Assembly: GCA_000320545.1 (NCBI GenBank) | Contig: ADNK01001701.1 | Coordinates: 75,290 to 139,289, forward strand | Length of the DNA stretch: 64,000 bases | Source of the DNA: Bigelowiella natans CCMP2755 | Lineage: Eukaryota; Protista; Cercozoa | Reading direction: 5' to 3' | Shown here: positions 39,230 through 54,044 of the stretch, piece after piece | Layout: the number at the start of each line of letters is the position of its first letter | How positions within the stretch are numbered: position 1 is the first letter of the stretch | Made by a program: the position numbers and the translations under genes | Notes under the pieces: model-generated | Database searches by the model: none | What the model saw: the letters and a program-made list of their open reading frames with translations, nothing else | Told to the model about the DNA's origin: nothing

Positions 39230-39983
39230 GCTAGCACACAGTGATTAGATCCCTGTATTGCTGATATTTGTGATAATCAATCAGAAGTATGCTGCTATGA
39301 TATCAATCCAATCTCTCTCTCTATACACTAGGTGGCGTTATTCCAATCAGATGGACTCATAATATCAACACCATCCGGCAGCACTGCATACAGGTTTTAT
39401 GCCCGATTAAGAGTACCTTTAATAGTTATAGTTGTTGTAGTAATAATATTACGGGAGAAGAATGCTATCATTGAAGGAGTTTCAGCAGGACAAACATCAT
39501 CTAGGGATGATGGTTATCATTGTTTTATTACTACTTCTGCCACACGAATCGATCGATACCGTAGTTGTTATCATTGTTATATTACTACTTCTGCCGCACG
39601 AATCGATCGATACCGTAGTTGTTGTTGTAGCCACCATCTGTGCCAACACGCAACCAAACAACTAGGAAATATATAATAGCTAGTTATCATCATCTTTTAT
39701 TGTTGTTCTCAGCTTGAGCGCTGGCGGTTCCATGATTGCACCATCAGTTAATTGCACGCTTTTGACACCAATCGCCCCTCATTCGTTGTCTTCGCGGCCA
39801 ATCGGTACTATTGCGACCAGTACCAAATCCACAGTTTATGTGTGTATGTGTATGTGTGTTTGTGTTTCTACAAAATAATTTCCTTCCTCCTTTTAAAGGC
39901 GTATCGTCGGATTCTAATATTTCCGTCAGCATACCTACAACAGCTAGAGCGGGAGGTATTGATGGATTCCACATAAACTTCTA

Positions 39984-40021
<38 letters not shown>

Positions 40022-40594
40022 CCTCACTCCATCTATTTGATAGCAGAAAAGGTCAAGTATGTAGGGTATATGCAGCATGTGTTGTTTACGAATTAGTGTG
40101 GTCAATTGATAGAAAAAAAACTTAGTAGGCAAGTAGTAGCAACAACTAACTACTCAGCGCATAATGATGGTGATGTGACTCTATCTTAGCATTCGCTACA
40201 TTTGATGGGCAAGAACCCATGATAGAGCTTCCAATCGGAGATACACTCCAAATCCACAAGGTACACACTAAGAAGAGAAGATAAATGCGTTTGCAATGGC
40301 TGGTGTGTGTTTCTGTTTGTGTATGGGGGGGGGGGGGGGGGATACCTAGGTTGTTATTCTTTCCTTGATTTCTTCGTGTTAACTGCTCAGTGCCCCTTGA
40401 GCTTACCTCTGATGACGCGTCATCGCCTCGATTTTGAATGGTTTCAAAGCCTGACAACGAAGGTAAAAAGAATGATGATAAGAAAGCAAATAGGCCAGAA
40501 TGACTTCACATTTACTATTATTAACTGCATTGTCTTATCTTTGTTTATCATACAGCTTGGATGGAATACGCGAGTCGAGCAAAAACCATTGTAA
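35827..40594 (+). CDS. NADK: NAD kinase, probably organelle-targeted (Arg-rich N-terminus)
   Basis: VICLGGDGTILHA, PPVISFAMGSLGFLTPF, VLNDIVI, SDGLIISTPSGSTAY|SLSAGGSMIAP, LTPIAPHSLSSRPI, TFDG, WFQSLTTK|LGWNTR. Confidence 0.95.
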
Positions 40595-40646
40595 GATAGA
40601 TTCATATATGCATCGTTGTATCTGTGTGTGGGATATTTATGTTATA

Positions 40647-40687
<41 letters not shown>

Positions 40688-41149
40688 ATCCCATCACACA
40701 GCGTGTCATTATGTTTTTACAAACTGTATGTTTATTTGTGGTGCATTTTCAATGTATATGATATCTTCCCTGGTGTATCATTTTTTACCAGTGTTCATTT
40801 CGGCCATTTTGTTACCCCTTACGGATTTTCTATTGTAGATTCAAATAGGAGAAGAGATTTAGAAATATGTATATTTTAATAGATACCCTGGACACGAAAT
40901 CGATCGAAGTTATAACAGCATGCCTCTGCCGTCATCGCCAAATCCTAAAATTGTTCCTGGTGATGCAACGAGTGCGGATTTCCCTCCTATTCAGTCACGG
41001 TGGAGGCGATATTGATTGCTTCATAAGTAGTAGTAACTGCTGCTCAAATGTACCTATAAAAAGCGGTTCATTGGGTATCGGTATGAAGATGTAATTTACT
41101 ATTAAAAAGGATATCAACGTGCATGTGTGAATTGATCGTGATTAATATG

Positions 41150-41950
41150 ATGAGCATGTACGTACGCATCCGTGTCTCAAACCACAAGCGATACAACCTT
41201 CTTTTGGTTTCAGCTAAACCAACAGTCATCATCCAAGGCTGCCCTGTTTACATTTACAAATGGCCTTGAGCATTAGCATGTCTAAATGTATGTTTCATTC
41301 AACAGTAGCGGATGCAAAACACATACACTAGATGCATAGCATTTGATTTGTCCATGTAGTTACAACCCATGCCCAAATTTGTTTGCAATTTTGACACTCG
41401 TTACGCTGATCATGCATGCATGCTGGCCTGGTTAAAACAATCTCACACATTCTTTCATTGGCGCTACGCACTAGCTTGCGCTTGCTCACTTTCGCGGCAA
41501 CGTTGCGGGCTGCGCACATTCACGCTCAAGTGCAAGCTATAACATGTGTTGCAATATTTAGGGCGCGGTAAAATTTTAATGAGCAAGAGCGACAATTCAG
41601 AAAATGTCTAATACGATTTGCATAAAAGTGGTGCTATAAATTGTCTCAAATACTCTTGGTTCATGCAGTTTTCGCGCGCGCAAGTGCAACTTCTGTCGAT
41701 ACAATGCTTTCATCATGGCTTTCAACACATTTGGTGTGTGCACAGCTCGTAAATTTTCATCAAACTGAACACATTTGAAATGACAGCTTGTCACTTTGTC
41801 AAAAAGAACGAAAAATAAACTTTTAGGCCAAAATTGGCCAATTCACACCGCAAAATCTTCTGAAAAGTCATAAAAATGCATGAATGCATGGCTAAACTTT
41901 GCCTTGCTAGCTTCCTTTTAGATTTCCCGCACCAAATTGGTCCATTGGCT
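41150..41950. other. Partially TpA-depleted tail-to-tail spacer
   Basis: catgcatgca/gcgcgc tracts and reduced TA relative to the AT-rich flanking introns. Confidence 0.55.
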
Positions 41951-42095
41951 TTTGATAACCTAATTTATTACAAGTTACGAAGCTGTTGATATGCAACGTA
42001 GCACGGTTGTTTTTGGTCTTCAAATCAATTTATAAATTATGCGAGGTTGTATTAGGGTTTGCTTTCGCTGTATTTTATTTACCGTGGCAACTTTC

Positions 42096-42142
42096 TTATC
42101 GTAATTTTCTTGTGCTGTTGAATTAAAATGACGACTTTTATA

Positions 42143-42193
<51 letters not shown>

Positions 42194-42634
42194 TGGCTTT
42201 TCAATCTACGAAGATATATATATTAATACCCGAAAAGAAGAGTGAGATTTATTCTTCGGTTTTTATATCCCTGTTAACAAAAGTCATAGCAATTAATGAC
42301 ATTCATAAGAACTCAAAAAGTCGTCTGAATTTTTGGCGTAAGTATGACAATTTATATTTATGATAAGATTACTACTCTTCGCTTATACTACATTCTTCAC
42401 CTTTTTGAATAAGAAATCATCAGTTTTATGCCAGAAGAACGAATTAAAAATAACAGCTCTATTTTGTCTGTATGCTATTCGAACGGCGTCATTTTCGAGT
42501 AGTCTAATAATATGTGTGGGGAAAATTATTGTCAGCTTGATATATGCATGCTTGCTTCATCCAAAATAAACAACTCAAAAAGTCATTCAAAAGATACAAC
42601 AACGAATGCTATGCTATGATTTTGGTGACCAAAC

Positions 42635-42685
<51 letters not shown>

Positions 42686-43076
42686 CATGAAACGGAGTTT
42701 CTTAGGCGTTCATTTATAGACATTATTGTTTAGTAGTAGATAAGTATACGTGTTAAATTGTAATGGAAAGGGTTATAGCGTAAGTGGAAACTTTTTACCT
42801 TTCAAATTTTGCTTGATTTGTGTAGTGATTAAAGGATTTGTAATCCCAGCTAGGATCCTGATGAAAATTATTTAAATTACAAATTTTGATATGTAATAAT
42901 AAACTGCGAAAAGTAAATAAATATGTCAATATGTTTTTGACGACGTAAACTATCAAATCTTTTATTCTCCGCATCGCTCAGCAAATCAATTCATAATTTA
43001 TCACTAAATTCTGCAGTCAAACCGGAAATCGGCGATATACAACTAATCCTCCAGAGTCCTTGTCTACATATAAAAT

Positions 43077-43113
<37 letters not shown>

Positions 43114-43117
43114 AACA

Positions 43118-43160
<43 letters not shown>

Positions 43161-46100
43161 ACAAAAATGATATAAATTCTATAAACATGGAATTAATTGG
43201 TACACCATCAAGTAATTTTTACGACTTATTTACTTACTCACAGACACAATATACTCGTAAAATTTAAAAGAGAGTAACATATATATTATATATTATTCCT
43301 AAATCTACCTAAATTTGCTGAATCTGGGGTAAGCCATATATTGACATTCACTGCAGCATCGTCGCCGTGCTAACATCGTCCAAAGATATAAAATTCATGA
43401 AATGAATTCTTTTGCGGAATGTGCCTTCCTATTTCCCCTTCTCCCCTCTTCTAATCCTTTGGTGTTTTGTAAAGTCTACTACCATTTTTATTCCTTCTAG
43501 ATCCGCATTATATTTGTATCTAAGGAAGTATGGTGATTTTGAAGTTTATATTCTTAAAATTGTATTATTATTATTCTTGTTATTATAATTATAATTTCTT
43601 TATGCATGTCGTTTTTATTTTACAATCTCCTCCTTCTTTTATTCTATTATTAATATATTTGGTTAACAAACAAATAGTAGGGGATAAAATTCCGGTGAAT
43701 ACTGGATTGCGTAATAGAATTTTACTATATATGTTACAATCTTTTGCGAATTTTAATTTTGTAAATTATATTTGAGGCGCATCTTCAAAAAAAGTGAAAT
43801 CTTCTTTATTTCTACTAATATTACGCCCAAAGCTGCATTAAGTAATGATTTTTAAAGATCTGATTAAAATATGAAAGAAAGATTGTTAAAATTATCTTCA
43901 AACTATTTTCTTATCTTTTAATTTAGACATTGCAGAGGTTGATTTGGAATATGTTGATTTGGTCAAAAAGTATAGGAATAAATAGTTGAAACTGTACTAA
44001 TCAAATGTATAACGGTACATTATAATTTTGATGGGCAAAAAATAAAATACTGTGCGAAATATTCACAAATTCTTATACCTCAGGTAAAGCATGGCGTAAT
44101 TTTACTGCGATTTCGAGAAAGACAGGATGATGAAAGCCATCATTTAGATATGCTCCGAGGTAACTTTAAAGAAAGTAATAATATTTCATCGCTCAAATTA
44201 TTTGTGACTAATTTAACATCAGCGATTACTATCTAAGAAAATCCAATATTCTCTCGCATAATTATTAGATCTATTTCCTTGTTTTATATTAATGCATCAC
44301 CAGGGAATCAATTAGTTCTACATGTTTTGAAACTCTACCCCCATGGTTTGACATTGTGAAAGTACGCTCCTTCTGTACATAATCTGATTTAGTGAGGAAA
44401 AGAACAGAAGCAGAGGTAACGACTATAAAACACTGTAATTTGATTGATTACAATGGTGATCATGATGACACTAATGATAAATAACTATTTTACAGTTAGA
44501 AGCAATATTCATTATTAATAATGTAAATGTTAAGAATAATAATAGGTAAATTTTAATGCAAAATAAGATTAACAGGAATCGGTTAGTTCATACCTGTAAG
44601 CGTAGTTCAGAATGTTTTTATCAAGAATATCATCCACATACATTATTTGCTCCTTTTGATACATTCTAGAGGAATTTGCAAAACAAACATCATAGCCACA
44701 ATAGATTCTCCGGAAATTTTAAGTGTAACTACCAGTAGGAAGAAAGAAGAAAGGTATAAGAGATTTGGAAATAGAAATACTTATTACTTAATGAATATTT
44801 TGAGCATTACGGAATGACAATCAAGCTTATATTATCTTGAATTGATAGGATAGCTTTAATATGTAATACTACCGTTGATACTTCTTGCGATCAAGATGCA
44901 AATTGATAATCTATTAAAATATTGGAAGCAATGTTTAATTGGCGAGATTATAGAATTGTTGAAGAAAAGGGAGAATAGTAGAGTGAAGGCGATTAAAAGT
45001 CATACATTTCCAGAAAAGAAGATTCAAAGGAGAGAAATTGGTGAGCATTAAGATAAAGTACAACTCTAAAGTACAAATAACTATACCGGAGGGTGAATAG
45101 GCGGCAGCTTTGGCACATACCAATTGCGTTTGAAAACCTGAGCAATCCATTAACTGTAACTAAAGTGTCGAAGAACACGGCTGCGACAAACTAAATGAAC
45201 TAACATCTTGGAAAAATGGGTGGATCTGGCAAAAGAATCAATATTTTCTTTCGTTTAGATTTGCCTTTTTCCCGAGGACTTTAAGAAAGTTGGTATCCAC
45301 AATAAACTCATAGGCTGCTGCTACAAATTAGATAGTTAATTAGCTATTATTAAATGTCATCAAAGAGACGATAGGTAAAGGAGGAATAGAAAAGCAGAGA
45401 AGCCCAAAAATAAGGTATAATAATGACGATATTATGGGATAGAAAATTTGATTTATAGCACTGTGATCACGATTACGTAATCACCATCATTATCCTTTTC
45501 CTTCTCAGCCGGTGCTAATGCCCTATGGACAGCTGCATATGCCTAAGAATGAGATAGACCTTAATCATAAATGCATACGTAATACGTATTTGATACGATC
45601 TATCTATTGTACATCGACACATATTATTCTTTCTATTTTACTGTTGAGTGTTTATATCCTTCATTAACTGTGCATGCAAAGTCCATGCATCTAACTAACT
45701 GGTATATGAAAACATCATGAGAATGCAAATTTATGATAAGATGAGGAAATTCATTGAATGACGAAGGGTGATGAAGGAACATAATAATCGCAACCTGGGT
45801 ATATCTTGGCAAAATGTGTTTTGCCTAGATATTGATTGAGTCATTCATTGATCGTCGATTGACATGAAACAATATTACATATTGTCAATCCAATAAATGT
45901 AAGTAGGCATTAGGAGGAAGTGTCAAAGCAAAGCACGTAATGATAATCTTGGTTGGTATAGAGCATCACATTTCACACCTTTTTGATATCAAGTTGTGTC
46001 GCCAAATGTTTAATATGCTCCAGATCATGTTGCATCTTATGTCTTAAAACACCGGATCGATCACACGAACCCCTCTCATATCTTACAGGACAATCGATGA

Positions 46101-48268
46101 AGAAGTAAAGATAGGAAATATGTAATAACATATATCTGCTGATATTATGAATATATTTGACGTCATTTCCATCTTACCATAATTACATTATTTCTTTACA
46201 ATAATTTTTGTCGTTGTTTGTTTCTCTAACTATCCAAAAATATATATCACCTGTATATTATACTTGACTATGATGTCCTCATCATGTATCATAACCACAT
46301 TATTACCTATCGTATCATTACCTGAACTGTAGACACTCCTTCGGGCTCTAATCATTCGTACAAATACAAACTTATGCTATTAAAAATGCGAAAAAGAATT
46401 AACATGATCACTTGTCAAACCGGAAACACAACCACAATCATTGCTTACTTTATTTAGAAATAATTATAATCAATCATAATAGCATATCGTGTGCCACCCA
46501 GGATTTTTTTCATTACCATCGTATGCGATAATTTGAAAGAGAACTTCCAGAATCTCTTCGCACCACCTATATTTTCCTAATGAGTCATGGTCAATACGAC
46601 CATGGGCAGTATTATCATCAATACCGCTACATGTTGTGTGGGAAGAAAATTTAAGTCCAATCCGATGTTGCAAATACAGCGGAGCAGGAAAATTATAAGA
46701 ACAATAAAAATTAAAACTCTTTGGACCACAATAATTACCAGAGCCAGTAGAATGAGGCCCATTTTATGATGCATGTCCAAGTGATGAGGGAACAATCGTA
46801 GACCCTGAGAACATAAAGTACGTTTGAAAATGAATGCGAGAAAAAAAAACCACAAAGATAGTGTATCTATTTCGAAAGCCAGACGGAAACATATTGTCAT
46901 GGTTTAGAAACAAACCTTTTTGAGCAATTTTCTTGTATCCCTCAAAACTGAAGTCGCAGTACGATGACGATGGTCATAAACATGATCCAAATGAGCTTCT
47001 GCGTCATGGAAAAATCGTAGGCCTTGATCCTTGGACAACAGATTATGCAACAAATATAAATTATTTTTATAAATGCAAGTGCGCATGTGCGTGTGTTTCA
47101 AACATATGCTGAAACGAGAGCTTTCTTTTCAGCACTATCTAATCGTATATTCGTCATTGATTGTCAACAAAATACCACCAAAATTAATACAAATAATTAG
47201 TACTAAATGACCGACGACTTCCACCACCACTACTACTACTACCACAACCACAACCACAACGACAAAGGATAAGTTACTACAAAAGCAATCCATATTGTTA
47301 TCACCAACATATTACTGTGACCATCAATCACCTCCTTATCGTATTTTCACTGTTATATTCAAAATTACTAATACCATCATCTCATAATCATCTCATCACC
47401 ATCAGCACCGTTATTGTTCATCTCTTCCATATTCACATTCTGATCGCTCTTATTTATATCTAAAATTTGGGTTACTTTCAGTCTATGTCCTAACGATTCG
47501 TTTTCAGGTGAAGAAGATTTCGCTAAAGCAGCCCTCAATATTCTGTAACTCGTCATCATCCACATCCCAAGCATTTCATAAGTAAATATCAGAAAGAAAA
47601 CCACTGCCTACCACAACATTTACCCAGCTTATAATTTATTGTGTGCAAGAACAAGTAACAACCATTTATTAGTGTGAGGCGTATTGTAGTTTCTTATAAA
47701 GGTTATTGCGTCTTTACGGATTGCTAGGAATGTCCTTTGCCGCTCGCCTAGTAATATATTTCAGCAGTTAAAAATAAAGACAATTAAATGTGAACGTCCA
47801 AATGAGTAAAAGGAGATAGTAAAGCAGAAGTCGTCTATACTCGCAGCAGCAGCAGCAAAATGTATGATTCGGGTTAAATATCTCTCCCTCCTACTCATTT
47901 TTCCTCTACTAAAGTCTTACTTCATATATCTCATCGCAATCTTTTGACGACCCAAGTGTGAGTAAGCAATCCTTATAAATGAATAAATAAATAATATTGC
48001 TGATGTTGAAATGGTGAAAGATTGTGATTAACATGCTTTTGTTGGCTGATAATTGCTTGACTTATAACATGCGATAGATAAAAATGGATAGTCCAACTGA
48101 TCTCATAATTTTAGTAGTAGTAGCACGATCAATAACTACCCAGTATGCATTCTTAAAAGCCCTGCTGATGTTGCTGTAGAACCATTCTGCTGTCAAATAT
48201 TGAGTTGAATGAAAGTATTGACTTCGTTGGAAGAAGGCTGCAGACATTTGTGACGACGACGACGATGG

Positions 48269-48300
<32 letters not shown>

Positions 48301-48557
48301 GTGAAGAAAACACGATGTTTACCTGAATAATGAACGATCTTAATATAAAAGATAAAGAATATTATGAGCTTTTTTGTAGGCAAAAAAAATTGCGAATAAC
48401 CAATCGGAAAATACGATAACGCTGAAATTAGCGATCGTACCGTATTGCTCCTTATATTTGTTAAATGGTTTAGTGCCTTTTTGAAGTAATAAACAGCTCG
48501 CTTCGGATCAAATACAGGTGGATCAGCATGTAGAAGACCCAATTCCCTTTCAACCGA

Positions 48558-48598
<41 letters not shown>

Positions 48599-48928
48599 GG
48601 GGGGGAGGGGGGGGGGTTGGAGAGAGGAGAGAGAGAAAGGCAAAAGAAAATAATTCGTAAATGCACATATGTATGTGTTAATGTATATCACCTGTAGGCT
48701 TGCCATATTCCCTGATCAGCAGCGAGAAGTTTGTTTACCTCTTCGTTTTTCATTCCTTCACCGTCCCGTTTTATTATCTCTTCTTTAAAAATCTAAGATT
48801 GAGCAGAATGAGAAAAGCCAAAGAAAAATGAGGAAGACCAGTATTGAAGTAATAATAGAGATGAATGTGCATTTATGATATTATAATTCATGGAACAAAT
48901 ACCGATTTCAGATACTCTCTACAATATT

Positions 48929-48973
<45 letters not shown>

Positions 48974-49023
48974 CCAAACATTACTTAACATATTTACTCA
49001 ACCAATATTTGGATTTGATATAC

Positions 49024-49065
<42 letters not shown>

Positions 49066-49079
49066 TATATATATATCTC

Positions 49080-49113
<34 letters not shown>

Positions 49114-50463
49114 TTGAATTCTGGCAGCATCAAAATTCCGCTCACAAATACAATTACTGGTAGTGTCATGAAATCTACCCTGACTGCAGTTTGCAGGGTG
49201 TTGTTGATGCGGGTCGGCCTAGAAAGCTCATGTTCACGCCACATTCTTCCAAGACGCAAGAGTGTCTACAAAGTATAGTATTATATTTCAATATTTAACA
49301 TTTTCATTTTCATCGCAGATTTATTCGTCGTCTTCCTTCTCTCGTTTTCGATTAAATCTCTTATTGTACAGAATTTGGTACTCACAAAGGGACACTGCTC
49401 TTTAATGCCTTGATTGGTTTTAATTGCTCTTTCGATTGCTTCTATAGCTTCTGTAAAGTTGAACAACTAGTGAATGAATTTTAATGATGTATTGCACAGT
49501 AAGGGAAGCAAGGACGATTACGTTTTTCGTCGCCCATCAGATCCAAGGCAACTGCCATTTTACTCCAAAGAGAAGGTTTATTTTTTGGGTAACAATATAG
49601 GAGGCTGCCGTATATCTCAACAGCCTTTGCAGCTAACATTCCCACTACGATGATCAAAGAGCATATGTAAATAAACGGTTCAAAACTATCTATAAATAGG
49701 ACCGTGTTTAGATGCGATTATTATCTAAAAGAAAGAAGTTCAGGGAACAAGAGTCATAGGATGGAGAGTCGTCACCATGAAAACTTGAAGGAGAAGGTGA
49801 AGGAGGAGTAAGAAACCCGCCTTCATATGCCAAATTAAGTAGTTGACGTAGGTGAAAGATGTCTTCTTCTTCGTCCAGATTAAAATGTTGCTTATCTAAG
49901 ATCCTAATCTCATTGTTAAATTCCTTTGATCCTTTGATAATCGCTTGATTCAGCTTGCACCATCGCTCCCGTTGAGGGTTGTCTTGTTCAGGCGGTGATG
50001 ATGATATAAATGATGAAACCAACGATGGCGAGCGTGTGTTTGATAAAGGTTGAATCGGGGACACCTTGCGGGCTATGCCTGTGTGTTGTAAAAGCTTTAA
50101 CTTGACTGGGATAAAAAACAAGTACGTGGAAAAGCTGTTTATCATGGCCAATGAGATAAGTGCAAATTGGTATTGCCTGGAAGTCCCTGTGCCCCAGTTT
50201 GGATGTGAAGGAGAAGAGCTCTGAATACAATGAAGACGATGGCTTTATACGTTATAGTCATCTTTGGCACTCACGGCAGTAGTATCATTCACACGTAAAC
50301 TTCATGCAAGAATGGAGTAATCCGATTGATGATGATGAGAGAAAGAACGGGAAGAAGCCCTTCCACTGCCTTTCCCTTTAGGTCCTTCTCTGTGCCTTTT
50401 TCCGTGTCTTAGGGTCTGTAATGTCCTACATTTTGGTCCTCCATCATAGCTCATAATTTTCAT
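42096..50463 (-). CDS. Large TPR-repeat protein with C-terminal 2OG-Fe(II) oxygenase-like domain
   Basis: Spliced C-terminus LCTEGAYFHNVKPWG|YLGAYLNDGF...IFKNHYLMQLWA|YKYNADLEGIKM|HGDDAAVNVNIWLTPDSANL|DKDSGGLVVY...YRQNRAVIFNSFFWHKTD..|GYKNRRINLTLLFG gives HxD...H and a distal R. TPR-like helices lie upstream (FTEAIEAIERAIKTN; RAVYYFKKAL). Start uncertain. Confidence 0.75.
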
Positions 50464-50741
50464 TTTTTTTTTCAACGATCCCAACTATTATTTCAGTAGT
50501 TTTTAGCTGTACAAAATTCAATCGTAGAGTACAGAATTACTGCTAGAAAGTGTTGTTCATGTTGCTAATACATATTTAACATGTCTATAATTCTTAGAAA
50601 TATTTGGTGTATCAAAATATCTCTTGCGTGACTTAACCTAGATGCGAACTGGGATGCGAACTTTTTGCCAGTAGGGCCTAAGACTTCTCCCCCTCCTCAA
50701 GAAACCTTATGGCACAAATCCATAAAAAATAGTCGCAGTAA

Positions 50742-53220
50742 ATGCAGCTACCGCCACCTCAGACACCAATTCAGTATGTGGTGACAAGGGCAAGGAGGCT
50801 GGCCTGTTCGTTTTTGCCGTGGAGCGTTGCAGTTATGGCGTTGCTGCTGGTGGGTCTGCAGATGCAAATGAAGCCTGAGCAGCAGTTTACAGCCCATTCT
50901 TCTTTAGTTACTTATGCACAAGGTATTGGATTTTTTTACAATCGCCTATAATTTATCCCCACCACCAAGATGATCCTGAGAGCGACTAATTATTATGGTA
51001 TGAAGCAGCAGCCTAAATACTTGCCAAGTAAATCAAATAGCTTAATCAAACACATCACTATGCTAGCAGCCAGCAGTAAATATCATGTACACGATTTTAA
51101 ACTGAGGAAGAGGGTGATAACGATGATGATGATGACGAGGAGGAGGAGTGCGAATGCAGAATATTGCAGCTATTTGTTCAACCTTCGATGCTACTGCAAC
51201 TTTACGTTATGACCCTGATATTGCATTCTGTGCTACTCTAGAATCATTATCGGCTCTTCGAGTATCACCATCAATATCTTCTAAGAGGATATGGTCGGGG
51301 ATGGTGCAGGGAGCCGGGAGGAGACTAGGAGGAGGGGGGGATGATGTTCTTCCAACAGTTATGATCATCCGCCGTTTGAGAGGTGGATACGAGAAGAACA
51401 AGGATGATGAAGAATGGAAAAAATCCGTTCCTATTAAGGTATATAATACGAGGAGGAATTTTATCCAATACCTGATAAAAATATGAAGTAAGGTATAATC
51501 ATCCTAAATTTATCATCGTTCTTGTCCTATCACACAATGCAAGTCGTAATGGTGTAGGGAAAATATAGATCCTCTGATATAATTAATGTCATCTTAAAGT
51601 GTAAGATGTTTGAGTCTCCACCATTTAGATACGCCAGCTGCCGTTTGCAAAAGAGGGACAACTCATGCGGCCTAAGTGGACCAAAAATAAAAAAGCAAAT
51701 CCTCAAGTTGGTATGACCAACCTTAAAAATCGACGTGATGATAACAATAAAAAGATTCATATCAACAATGCCCACTATATCTGATATCTGATATTTTTGT
51801 TATTATCCTGTATTCTTCATGACTACTCTGCATATACCAGGTGACAGACGTAAGTTAATTGCTGAAAGGATGAAGAATCATACTGAGGTAGGTATTATAT
51901 ATAATTATCCCGCTTAGGGCTTATAATAAATAAAATTTGTGTTCTTGTTGTTAAAATGTATGGGTTTTGCTGATCGTTATTTTCATCATCATTAGCGAAT
52001 ATACGGAAGAAGTTTTATTGGACCTGATGGTCAATCATACATTCCCAGGGGAGGTATGTACTACGACCAATTGATACTATATTAGCTGCCTAGTAACGTT
52101 ATGGTGTACGTGTCCAAGTGCTAACACAGCACTGACTTCATCATCAATTTTATAGCAGTGATATTCACATTAACCATTTGATTTTATTTAACCGTTTTGC
52201 TAAATCAGAGTGTATCGATCTCAAAAGTGAGATGCAGAGGACAAACAAAACATGGAGACAACTTGCAATGGAAGTAATGTCGACGACGAAGCCCCCTCCT
52301 TTCTCTTGGGAATACAATCCTCCGGAGGTTGTGAAGCTTGCTTTAACGGGAAAACAACAACAACAACAACAACACGACAAATAAAATCAAAAATGCAGCA
52401 ACAAGCGTAATAGCACATTTTAAAGGGAAAAGAATGGAAGAAGATTTTCCCTCGAGATTATACCTATTGCTTATCCATTGTTATTAGACTACTATCAGAT
52501 AATAATATCAACAGCTGATACATTTATCATCTGACTGCTTCACTACTCAGTTATTCAATGAGAATGGAGAGCTTCGGCTGCACCCCTTGAAGCCAAAACC
52601 GTTCGGAGAGGTATAGTATGAGATATCTGGAGTGGTGGATGGCAGTAAAGCATTGCGTGTAAGAGTTGAGTAGTAGTGGATGCCAGGAAAACATTGCGTG
52701 TAAGAGTTGAGTAGTAGTAGAAGTAGTTGCGGTAGTTGTGGAAGCACTTCTTGGTTGGATCAAATTTCTTGGTTTTTATACTTCATTTACAGTTTTGTGT
52801 CGTCATTCGTTAATAAATTCCAGGCAACTTACTTTCTGAGGCATAATGCAATGCGCCGGTTCACACGACGAAGGTTAGATCAATACATGACTAAATGCAC
52901 ATTGTCCATTGGAACCCTGATACCATGAGAGTGGTGATCATTGAAATGACAAATTGTGACACGGATAGCTTGATAGATCCAAAAGGAAAAAAATAGATAA
53001 GGAAATTTATGGTTCTTAGTATCAATACGCATCAGTTATTCTCGATAGTAACCAATAGGTTTCACTTCAAGATCATCCTCACACCACATATTGTCATCAC
53101 TACGATCGTCATCATTACTTCCATTGTCGCAGGGTTAAACACCACGCGCGGAGCATGGCAGAATTGAAACGCCCCGCTAATCAGAAACGAAGTTCAAGAA
53201 AAAGTGCTCGCGGAACTTAA
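50742..53220 (+). CDS. Basic protein with hydrophobic leader plus Ser/Arg-rich transit-like segment ending in RRLRGG
   Basis: Exon 1 has a hydrophobic stretch (FLPWSVAVMALLLVGL); exon 2 reads ...IIRRLRGGYEK; further short exons splice in phase to ...RSSRKSARGT* at 53220. Confidence 0.6.
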
Positions 53221-53570
53221 TTTGATTTCCATCATTGTTTATATGTTTGCGCTGGCGGGTTTAACAGTTTACCAATCTCTAGATCTAGCAAAAGCAATGT
53301 TACTTACAGGAGGATACTTTTAATTACATACATGCATACAAATTTCTAGATTTGGCTATTCTTCATCGTACGATACATGTGTTGAACATTGACGACGTAC
53401 ATGCGCAACGTGCGTAACATGTTCAACCAGAGGAAGCTAGCTAGTGCACTACTAGCTGCATGTCAATGTGACTTTTTTTTTGCGCGTGTGACACGACGCT
53501 ACGACGCTGCTCCAAGTTGAACAACTATAGACACAGTACATATGATATATGAGACGGATGTAATGAAGAA

Positions 53571-54044
53571 TCAAATTTTTTCAATGGTCATCCTGATGTA
53601 GCTGTGCAATGCAGCGGCTACAGCGCTAAAGTTGCATCTGTTGGTTTCTGCCACAATGTGTTTCATGCATTTGAAAGCGTCCTCATGCGACCGATGTTGC
53701 CGCGCACTGCGCGCAGCAGTTCTGGAGTCCTTTTCAGCCTTTGTCAGCCGGTTCGTGTCGTCGTTGCGATTCATGATCGCGCGCATTTGATTGCGCAATC
53801 TGATTTGTTCTCGACTGTGTGTTGGACATTGCAGGAGATGATTCATGTCCTTCAGGATGCCACATGCATCGCACGTGGCATCTTCCTCTGTGCATTGTCC
53901 ACGTGAGAACATGAATTTTCCAAGATTGCCGACACCACAGATGGCGCGCATCCATGATGTAGCAACACTTGGAAGTTTTAGTTTGATGCCGGTGATCGAA
54001 GATGACGGGAGGAATCCAAGATTCTTGAGATGCACAGCGCGCAA
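53571..54044 (-). mobile_element. 3' relic of a non-LTR retrotransposon ORF2 (CCHC knuckle), TpA-depleted
   Basis: RAICGVGNLGKFMFSRG...TCDACGILKDMNHLLQCPTHSREQ resembles the C-terminal Cys/His motif of LINE ORF2; few TA; lies in a convergent spacer. Confidence 0.6.

Noticed and set aside
52635-52718. ~42-bp tandem duplication as another exon-end echo
   Set aside because: The likely donor (GAG|GTATAG, ~52611) lies upstream, so the duplication is purely intronic.
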